From an uncultured virus (IMG/VR IMGVR_UViG_3300043803_001357) (lineage: Duplodnaviria > Heunggongvirae > Uroviricota > Caudoviricetes), in IMG/VR virus record IMGVR_UViG_3300043803_001357, positions 55,571 to 75,570 of that record: a DNA stretch of 20,000 bases; one strand, given 5' to 3'. Positions 9,537 to 16,831 of the stretch are shown here, one piece after another. Position numbers and translations under genes: made by a program. Within the stretch, counting starts at the first letter, position 1, and each line of letters starts with the position of its first letter. The notes beneath the pieces are model-generated. The model saw only the letters and a program-made list of their open reading frames with translations. It was not told the DNA's origin and did no database searches.

Positions 9537-10835
9537 GTGGAGTATTCGTCTAAAATCTATCTAAAATTAGTAACAAAGCACAATAATTATCATAATGCTT
9601 GTAATGATATTATTGCAGCTTTTATTTATGATTTTAAAGATGGTAAGAAACATTACTTAAATTTTTCCCACGGTGATTTGCCTGTGGATTGTTCGTTTGA
9701 TCAATTTAAACTAGATATCGAATCAAAAGATATTACGGTATACGTTAACAATAAAAAGACATATAAGTATTGGTTAAACTGTAAATTAATTGATGTTAAT
9801 CTATTTGGGTTTATAGACAACAATGAAACATTGGATGAAGTGGAAAACCTTAGCAGAAATTTTCTACAGCATAGTTACTACAATATCAATAACTTTAATT
9901 TGATATTACCATATGTTATACATCAACAGATCTTTGATAAAGAGGTAGAACAAATCAAACACTTGGATTCAAAGGAAACTGAGAGTTATTGTTTTAAATT
10001 TTTTAACAATGTTATATCTGATACATTGTTTGAAGTAGAAAAGAACGGAATCAAAGTAGACGTTGATGTTTTTTCAAAATATTTCAAGAGCAAAACTTAT
10101 AATAAATTTGTATATACCAACTACAACATATACAATCCAACGGGAAGACCAAGTAATTCATATGATACCATCAATTATGTAGCTCTTAAAAAAGATGATG
10201 GGTCGAGAGCTAGTTTTGTTTCACGATATGGACAAGACGGTCATTTGATGATGATTGATTTTACAGGATTCCATCCTTACATTGTAGCAAATCTTGTGGA
10301 GTACAAAGTACCCGAAGAAGAAACAATATATGAACATTTAGCTAAATATTACTTTAACATTGTCAATGTAACAGCTGATGATATTGGCAAATCAAAGAAA
10401 TTAACGATGGTAAATCTATATGGTCAGATTTCCAATCAATATTGTGATATTCCTTATTTTCACAAAGTTGAACAGTTAAAGGATAAATATTGGAAAAAGT
10501 TTGAGAAGAATGGGTATATAACAACTCCGATATATAAACGAAAGATAACAAATAAACATATAGTTGATGCCAACAAAAACAAGTTGTTTGCTTATATTAT
10601 TCAAGCTGCTGAAACTGAATATGGAATTGACAGCTTAAGTAAGTGTATTAAGTTTGTTAGTAACAAAAAGATCGTACCTATTCTGTATGTATATGATTCG
10701 ATAGTGTTTGATATTCACAATGATGTGGATAGACAAGATATTACTGATTTGATTGAGATCTTTAAAAACAAGCGATTTAAGGTAAAGACTTACACGGGAA
10801 ATAATTATAATGATTTGAAATTAGTCCAATTGTAA
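9537..10835 (+). CDS. Compact, divergent family-A DNA polymerase
   Basis: 432 aa with PolA motifs in the correct order: NPTGRPSN, motif A MIDFTGFHPY, motif B SKKLTMVNLYG, IIQAAETE and motif C LYVYDSIVFD. Confidence 0.8.
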   Translation: MEYSSKIYLKLVTKHNNYHNACNDIIAAFIYDFKDGKKHYLNFSHGDLPVDCSFDQFKLDIESKDITVYVNNKKTYKYWLNCKLIDVNLFGFIDNNETLDEVENLSRNFLQHSYYNINNFNLILPYVIHQQIFDKEVEQIKHLDSKETESYCFKFFNNVISDTLFEVEKNGIKVDVDVFSKYFKSKTYNKFVYTNYNIYNPTGRPSNSYDTINYVALKKDDGSRASFVSRYGQDGHLMMIDFTGFHPYIVANLVEYKVPEEETIYEHLAKYYFNIVNVTADDIGKSKKLTMVNLYGQISNQYCDIPYFHKVEQLKDKYWKKFEKNGYITTPIYKRKITNKHIVDANKNKLFAYIIQAAETEYGIDSLSKCIKFVSNKKIVPILYVYDSIVFDIHNDVDRQDITDLIEIFKNKRFKVKTYTGNNYNDLKLVQL

Positions 10836-10836
10836 A

Positions 10837-10858
10837 TATATTTATATCTATATTTATA
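10837..10858 (+). promoter_or_regulatory. Tandem TATATTTATA x2, putative late promoter
   Basis: TATATTTATA-TC-TATATTTATA fills the intergenic gap. The second copy ends 4 nt before ATG10863. Confidence 0.5.
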
Positions 10859-10862
10859 ATAG

Positions 10863-13184
10863 ATGAACTTTAAATCATTAGTAAACGAAATTTGTTGTGA
10901 CAATCGTATTAAGAACGGTGTATTGGATCTTAAGAACGAAGATCACGTTTTTATATTGCAGGAATATCTAGAGAAAGCTGGATATAATATCGATGAGATA
11001 GTAGAAAAGACCGCTAGGTTATTTGAAGCGGGTAGATTTCCAGATCGACAAGCATATAATAAAGATGGTATACTTGTAACATTTCCTAATAAACAATACA
11101 GAGATAGAGCTGTTAATAAAGGCACTCACTTCGCTGAAAATCCCAAAAAGGCTCAAGCTAATATTTTTAAAGCTGATGGTGAACAAGGAGTCGATACACA
11201 AACAGATTCAGAACCATCTAAGAAACAACCTGCCACGTTAGATCAAACATTAGATAAAGATATCGAAGGTGATAGTGGTGTAGACAAAAGAACACCAGCT
11301 GAGAAAAAGCAAGATGCTTGGGGAGTGGAAGCTATATTAACAGGTCAAACGCCACTTGTTAATTATAGTGTAGATGAAGCTAAAAGTTATGGATTTTACA
11401 ACAAAGGATTCAAATGGTTTGATACTAATGGAGATTTAATAGGTGAACAGATATACGATGAAACTATTTCTAAAAACGTAATTGTAGCTGATGCAATTGC
11501 GCCTGCTAAATATATTGATAAATCAAAAAAAATAAAAGACATTATAAACAAAGAACTTTTGGTTAAGTTGGAGTTCTTAAAAAATGCAGATAATAATACA
11601 CGGACTAAATTATTTGAAACTATACCTATTTTGTTTGCTTACGGAATTACTGATTTTAAAAATGCTAAAACCGGACAAGATTACAACGATTTTGCGATTG
11701 GATTTTTATCTGCTTGGGGCAATTTAAGAGAAAAATTAGAGAATATACCAAACGAAACCAGTCGTATAGAAAATCTTAAATTATACGATTTAGTCGATAA
11801 AGATTTAAAACAAATTGGTGGATTTGACGGAGTTTCTTTAGCGGAATTAGGAACGCCTACTGATTTTATTCATAAATCAATAGATAGTTTTTATAAAGCA
11901 GCCGATGATTATAACAGAAAATTTTTAAAAGGTGAACAAGAAACAAAATCAAATACCGCAGACATTGTTTTGATTTATGGTGGCACAAAGGCAGATGTAT
12001 TAAACGCTTTAAAAGATGGCAATATTGATGAACAAGATGTCGATTCGATGGCTAAAATAAAAGATAAAAATATTAAATTTGCTTTAATTAGTTTAAAAGC
12101 AGGTGGTGGAAAATTGGGAAGAGTTTTAACTCAATTGGCACAATACGTTGGTCAATCTTTGGCACCTACTCCATCGGATGAACCAGTGCCACTTAGTGAA
12201 GGAATAATTGATAAAATATCAAGTAGCATAAAATATGCTATAGATAAAATTAAAAGTATACCAGATATTGCTAAAAATTATTTTCAATCATTCATAAAAG
12301 CAATAAATCCATTTACTACAAAAATAAATAACTTTTTTTTCAAAAAATTAAATACGGATGTAAAAATTTTACAATCTTCGGAATTAAAAAATCTAGAAAA
12401 TTTAGAGCGTCAACTTGAAAGAGAAATAGGTACTATTTCAGAAAAATCTAGTAAGAAATGTGATAATAAACATACAGAATATACGGAGACCATTAATAAA
12501 AATTTGAATTTATTTAAAAACATTTTGAAATCAAGTACAGAGGACATAACTCTTATTAACAAAATTTCCGAATTATCAAACAATAAATTTCTAATTGAAT
12601 TTTTTCCAATTGAAATAAAAACGGTACAATTGCAACAAATTGAAAATTTGAAAAAAAATCTAATATATGTAATAAATCAAATTGACGGAGATTTTAAAAT
12701 TGGAGATTGTTTAGAACGATATACACTCAGACCCATTTTTAAATACAGAGCTAATGTTTTGTCACTTAAGTATATAGATTTAATCTTAAACAATGTATTA
12801 AAAGATGTAAATACATCAGATCCTAATTTAATACGTGAAGAATTTATAAAATTATCTAGTCTTCTTTCAACCGAAGCTGTATTTGGCAAAAACGTTAGTT
12901 TACCTCTAATCAAATACACTGGTAAAAAGATTGAAAGGTTGAGATATAAAGGTAATTTTAAATTAGAAATTCCAAAAGAGTTCGAAGATGTAAAATTGGG
13001 TAAGATCCGAATCAATATGGTGGTTGACGAAGGATATTTAACGGTAACTCTTTATTTATTCGCTGGAATTGTTATGAAAGATGATATTGCTACACCAACA
13101 TATTCTGTTTTTAGTTTAGATAGTAGTAGTGGTAGTTCGTTTACGTTTAGTGTAGAAGGAAAAGAAGTCGTTGATAAAATATGA
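10863..13184 (+). CDS. Hypothetical protein with a PD-(D/E)xK-like nuclease motif; possible head-internal protein
   Basis: 773-aa ORF with KSNTADIVLI...FALISLKAG (~11945-12100), an acidic low-complexity linker and a TATTTATA motif upstream. Confidence 0.55.
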   Translation: MNFKSLVNEICCDNRIKNGVLDLKNEDHVFILQEYLEKAGYNIDEIVEKTARLFEAGRFPDRQAYNKDGILVTFPNKQYRDRAVNKGTHFAENPKKAQANIFKADGEQGVDTQTDSEPSKKQPATLDQTLDKDIEGDSGVDKRTPAEKKQDAWGVEAILTGQTPLVNYSVDEAKSYGFYNKGFKWFDTNGDLIGEQIYDETISKNVIVADAIAPAKYIDKSKKIKDIINKELLVKLEFLKNADNNTRTKLFETIPILFAYGITDFKNAKTGQDYNDFAIGFLSAWGNLREKLENIPNETSRIENLKLYDLVDKDLKQIGGFDGVSLAELGTPTDFIHKSIDSFYKAADDYNRKFLKGEQETKSNTADIVLIYGGTKADVLNALKDGNIDEQDVDSMAKIKDKNIKFALISLKAGGGKLGRVLTQLAQYVGQSLAPTPSDEPVPLSEGIIDKISSSIKYAIDKIKSIPDIAKNYFQSFIKAINPFTTKINNFFFKKLNTDVKILQSSELKNLENLERQLEREIGTISEKSSKKCDNKHTEYTETINKNLNLFKNILKSSTEDITLINKISELSNNKFLIEFFPIEIKTVQLQQIENLKKNLIYVINQIDGDFKIGDCLERYTLRPIFKYRANVLSLKYIDLILNNVLKDVNTSDPNLIREEFIKLSSLLSTEAVFGKNVSLPLIKYTGKKIERLRYKGNFKLEIPKEFEDVKLGKIRINMVVDEGYLTVTLYLFAGIVMKDDIATPTYSVFSLDSSSGSSFTFSVEGKEVVDKI

Positions 13185-13576
13185 TAACCCAAAAACAACT
13201 ACTTTGCACATTTGCAAATAGTATAAATTATACTGAAACGATTAAAGAGATAACTCAACAATATACATTGATCGATAATAAGATTTTTATATTTGCAAAT
13301 GAGAATAATCTTCGGGAATTGTACTTAACGTTTAATGTGGAAAAAACCGAACGTAATAATCGTTACAAAGGCACTATAAGTATTCATCGTAAGAAACAAA
13401 CAAATACACTATATACACTCAACGCAATGAATAAGTTGATTGCTGACGAAAACAATGGTGTATTTGATAAGAACTTCCAATTAAATTGGGAACTATATAA
13501 AAACAGTATTATACTAACCAACGAAATTGGTGTAAAAATAGTTCCATTAAAATTGTTTTCTATCCAAGAAATTTGA
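13181..13576 (+). CDS. Hypothetical phage protein
   Basis: 131-aa ORF with an ATGA overlap to the upstream gene. It contains HRKKQTNTLYTLNAMN; function not recognised. Confidence 0.8.
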   Translation: MITQKQLLCTFANSINYTETIKEITQQYTLIDNKIFIFANENNLRELYLTFNVEKTERNNRYKGTISIHRKKQTNTLYTLNAMNKLIADENNGVFDKNFQLNWELYKNSIILTNEIGVKIVPLKLFSIQEI

Positions 13577-13590
13577 TATATATTTTAGAC

Positions 13591-13619
13591 TTGATTTCAA
13601 TCTATACATAGTGTAGACT
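13591..13619 (+). promoter_or_regulatory. Sigma70-like promoter upstream of the SSB gene
   Basis: TTGATT (13591-13596), 17-nt spacer, TAGACT (13614-13619) in the intergenic region. Confidence 0.55.
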
Positions 13620-13639
13620 GATTTTAGGTTGGTTATATG

Positions 13640-13697
13640 ACGGGTCGAGTGATCCGTTGAAGTAATTAACTAATTAACAATTAAACATTAAATAATT
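13640..13697 (+). promoter_or_regulatory. SSB mRNA leader: hairpin plus G-free A/T-repeat tract (candidate autogenous translational operator)
   Basis: Stem-loop ACGGGTC-GAGT-GATCCGT, then TAATTAAC TAATTAAC AATTAAAC ATTAAAT AATT up to the ATG. Confidence 0.5.
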
Positions 13698-14534
13698 ATG
13701 GCATTAGATCTAAGTAAACTAAAGAGTCGTTTGAACTCCCTTTCAAACACAAATCAAAAATCCAACTTGATTTGGAAACCAAAGCCAGGTAAACAAGTAG
13801 TTCGTATCGTACCATATAAGTACGTACCTGAGAATCCGTTTATCGAACTAAAGTTTCATTACAATATCAATAACAAGACTTATCTATCTCCTGATAGTTT
13901 TGGTCGGCCAGATCCAATCGTTGAATTTGCTAACCGTCTGAAGAAGACTGGTTCAAAGGAAGATTGGCAGATGGGTCGTAAGATGGAACCAAAGATGCGT
14001 ACTTTCGTACCAGTCATTGTTCGTGGTGAAGAAGGAGAAGGTGTCAAGTTCTGGGGATTTGGAAAGCAAGTTTATCAAGAACTTCTTTCAATCATCAGTG
14101 ATCCTGATTTCGGTGATATTACCGATCTAACCAATGGTCGTGATATCGTTGTAGAATTCAAGACAGCTGAAGGCGGAGCTAGTTTCCCAGAAACCAGCAT
14201 TCGTGTTAAACCAAACGTAAGTGTCGCCGTAGATCCAAAGAATACCCAACTCTTGGATGCTCTAAAGGCACAAGTAAACATCTTGGATTTGTTTGAAGAA
14301 CTATCCTATGATGACTTGAAGGAAGTTATGGATAAGTGGTTGAATCCAGAATCAGCCGCAACCGAAGTTGCAGCTGAACCTACTCCTAGTGGAGATGATG
14401 ATGAAGCTCCGTTTTCAACATCACCAGCAGTAACCGCAACTGCTACAGCTAAGGCACCAGCTTCACCAACTGCTGCCAAAGCAAAGGGTAAAGACAGTGT
14501 AGAACAAGCATTTGATGACTTGTTTAACTCCTAA
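13698..14534 (+). CDS. Single-stranded DNA-binding protein, T4 gp32-like
   Basis: WKPKPGKQVVRIVP, FIELKFHY and GDITDLTNGRDIVV motifs, an Ala/Pro-rich linker and an acidic-hydrophobic tail (AFDDLFNS). Adjacent to the recombinase gene. Confidence 0.85.
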   Translation: MALDLSKLKSRLNSLSNTNQKSNLIWKPKPGKQVVRIVPYKYVPENPFIELKFHYNINNKTYLSPDSFGRPDPIVEFANRLKKTGSKEDWQMGRKMEPKMRTFVPVIVRGEEGEGVKFWGFGKQVYQELLSIISDPDFGDITDLTNGRDIVVEFKTAEGGASFPETSIRVKPNVSVAVDPKNTQLLDALKAQVNILDLFEELSYDDLKEVMDKWLNPESAATEVAAEPTPSGDDDEAPFSTSPAVTATATAKAPASPTAAKAKGKDSVEQAFDDLFNS

Positions 14535-14545
14535 AAAATAAAAAT

Positions 14546-14580
14546 AAGCCGGTGGAGTTTTTATACCCCACCGGCTTTCT
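14546..14580 (+). terminator. Stem-loop after SSB, probable intrinsic terminator/attenuator
   Basis: AAGCCGGTGG (14546-14555) pairs perfectly with CCACCGGCTT (14568-14577). It is followed by a short T tract and preceded by an A tract. Confidence 0.7.
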
Positions 14581-14593
14581 AGTTATATACGTT

Positions 14594-15739
14594 ATGGCAA
14601 AGAAAAGTGTTACAAAAGATACATCGGGTCAACGTGACGAATTAATCGAAATGTTGGCGAATGAGCTTAACAAAGCAAATAAAGATGGTGGTAAAATTGC
14701 ACATTTCCTAGATGAACAAGATAATCCTTCAGAAATTACTGATTGGATTAGTACTGGCTCTTCTATTTTGGATCTTGCAATTAGTAATCGTCCACACGGC
14801 GGTCTACCAGTTGGTAAGATGGTTGAATTCAACGGACTTGAAGGTACTGGTAAGAGTCTATTGTCGGCACACGTTGTCGCAGATACACAGAAGAAGGGTG
14901 GAGTCGCTGTAGTAATTGATACTGAAAACGCAGCTGCGCCTGAGTTCTGGAAGAGTCTTGGTGTAGATTTGTCTAAGCTACTATATGTTCAATGTGAAAC
15001 CGTTGAAGATATTTTTGCTCAGATGGAGAAGATGATCGCGATTGTTCGTAAGAGCAACAAAGATCGTATTCTTACAATCATTGTAGATTCTGTAGCAGCA
15101 GCATCTACTAAAGTTGAATTGGAAAGTGATCACGGTAAGGATGGATTTGCAACGGGTAAATCTATTATTATCAGTAAGGCAATGCGTAAGATTACTACTA
15201 TGATTGGTAAACAGAAAGTATTGACTGTATTTACTAATCAACTACGTCAGAATTTAAATGCTATGGCATTTGGTGATAAGTACGTAGTAAGTGGTGGTAA
15301 GGCTTTAGCATATCATTGTAGTGTACGTGTTCGTTTGAATAATGCCGGTAAACTCAAGAAGGGTGAAGAAGTCATCGGAAACGAGTGTAAGGCAGTTGTT
15401 ATCAAGAATCGTATGGGACCACCTCAACGTCAGGCCAATTTTGATATCTATTTTGATAGTGGAATTGCTGACTATGGCAGTTGGATTAAAGTTCTAAAAG
15501 AACAAAATCTAATTAAACAGGGTGGTGCTTATTATACTTATAAAAAGAACGATGGAAACGAATGGAAGTTCCAATCCAAAGACTTTGTAAGTGTAATGCA
15601 GAGTGACAAACAATTGGGTGAAGAAATTTACCTGAAGATTTGTGACGCTGTAATTATGAAATACAAAGATCCCAATAGTCAAATTATTGAGGATGCTGTT
15701 GTGGATACACACGAAGAAACTGCAGGCAACGAAGAATAA
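14594..15739 (+). CDS. recA: RecA/UvsX-family recombinase
   Basis: ISTGS..LDLAI, Walker A GLEGTGKS, IDTE, Walker B IIVDSVAA, FTNQLR, GGKAL and KNR motifs. The start is placed at ATG14594 because GTG14552 lies inside the hairpin. Confidence 0.95.
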   Translation: MAKKSVTKDTSGQRDELIEMLANELNKANKDGGKIAHFLDEQDNPSEITDWISTGSSILDLAISNRPHGGLPVGKMVEFNGLEGTGKSLLSAHVVADTQKKGGVAVVIDTENAAAPEFWKSLGVDLSKLLYVQCETVEDIFAQMEKMIAIVRKSNKDRILTIIVDSVAAASTKVELESDHGKDGFATGKSIIISKAMRKITTMIGKQKVLTVFTNQLRQNLNAMAFGDKYVVSGGKALAYHCSVRVRLNNAGKLKKGEEVIGNECKAVVIKNRMGPPQRQANFDIYFDSGIADYGSWIKVLKEQNLIKQGGAYYTYKKNDGNEWKFQSKDFVSVMQSDKQLGEEIYLKICDAVIMKYKDPNSQIIEDAVVDTHEETAGNEE

Positions 15740-15753
15740 TACGTTGATAGGAT

Positions 15754-15805
15754 GTTTTTCCGCATTGCCTACTATTTATTAGTATGGATAACAATGCGGA
15801 AAAAC
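15754..15805 (+). promoter_or_regulatory. Inverted repeat enclosing the endonuclease start codon and a TATTTAT motif
   Basis: GTTTTTCCGCATTG (15754-15767) and CAATGCGGAAAAAC (15792-15805) form a perfect 14-bp IR. An inner stem TACTA/TAGTA reaches the A of ATG15784. TATTTATT lies at 15773-15780. Confidence 0.75.
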
Positions 15806-16716
15806 TCTTTTTTGAAGACCGATCTGAACGATTATATCAAATCTTTATAAAAGATGAATCAATATGTGGATTTACTTCTTTATTTAAACTGAATAAAATT
15901 GGTAGCAAAACTGGGGAAAAAATAAAAAAATATTTATATAATAAATATGGTGAAACTTATTTGAAAAAAATAAGTGCTGTTAGAACGTCTAAAGCTGCTC
16001 ATCAAAAAAGAAACAAAGATAGTTATTTTATTTCTTCAGAAAGAAGACAAAAAATGTCTGTCGGTATTAAAAAATATTATAAAAATAATCAGTCCGCTAA
16101 ATCTAGATGTAGGGATTTAATGATTAAACATTGTTTACCAAAGTGCCAAACAATGGAGAGTAAAATAAAACGAGTAAAGAGTAGAGACTGGTATAAACCC
16201 AGTGAAGACACTAAACAAAAAATGTCTCAATCTCAACTTGGAAAGCCATTAACAGAAGAACATAAGTTAAAATTAAGAAAACCAAAGAAAACCAAACGAT
16301 CTAATTTTAGACATACTACTGAAACAAAACACAAATTATCGTTAATTACTAAAAATCAGTGGAAAAGTGGAATTCACAAACCAATTTTTAAATCTAAAGG
16401 ACAGCAGGAAGTAATTAGATTGTTAAAAGAACAAGGATATTCAATTCAAGATGAATATGTTGTTGGGGGGAAGCCATACGATGTGTTTGTAAAAGAAAAA
16501 AATTTATTAATAGAATTTAATGGTACTTATTGGCACAGAGATCCTAGATTTTTTACATCGTCCGATGAAGTTATTAAAATATGGGAAAAAGATAAAAATA
16601 AAATGTTGATTGCTGAATCGAATGGGTATATAATAAAAGTTATATGGCAACACGATTGGGAACAATGTAAAGACAAAAATATATACATTAAAAAACTATT
16701 AAATGAGCAACTTTGA
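15784..16716 (+). mobile_element. Free-standing homing endonuclease: NUMOD3-like DNA-binding repeats plus C-terminal Vsr/DUF559 (EDxHD-like) nuclease domain
   Basis: Repeats SSERRQKMS, PSEDTKQKMSQSQLGKPLTEEHKLKL and HTTETKHKLS. Nuclease core PYDVFVKEKNLLIEFNGTYWH...DKNK...GYIIKVIWQHDW. The gene is very A-rich, sits between two core replication genes and overlaps the next start by 14 nt. Confidence 0.8.
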
Positions 16717-16831
16717 CAACAAAGAAATGAAGAAGTTATTTTCTTTATTTCAAAATATAGAAAGCGATTCCGTCACCGGAGGACTTAAAAAATCACTTAA
16801 TAGTGATGTCCTTTTGGTTGACGGATTGTAG
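16703..16831 (+). CDS. N-terminal 42-aa fragment of the 5'-3' exonuclease (contains the first catalytic Asp motif LLVDG)
   Basis: ATG16703 translates to MSNFDNKEMKKLFSLFQNIESDSVTGGLKKSLNSDVLLVDGL followed by TAG. It is below the ORF-track cutoff and supplies the beta1/DG motif missing from the downstream ORF. Confidence 0.8.
   Translation: MSNFDNKEMKKLFSLFQNIESDSVTGGLKKSLNSDVLLVDGL

Noticed and set aside
14552..14593. GTG14552 as the recA start (ORF track)
   Set aside because: It lies within the terminator-like stem and adds an implausible peptide. ATG14594 is the better start.
15740..16831. Group I intron carrying the endonuclease
   Set aside because: recA ends normally, only 44 nt precede the endonuclease, and it overlaps the next gene, leaving no room for a ribozyme core. 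No P7-like motifs were recognised.
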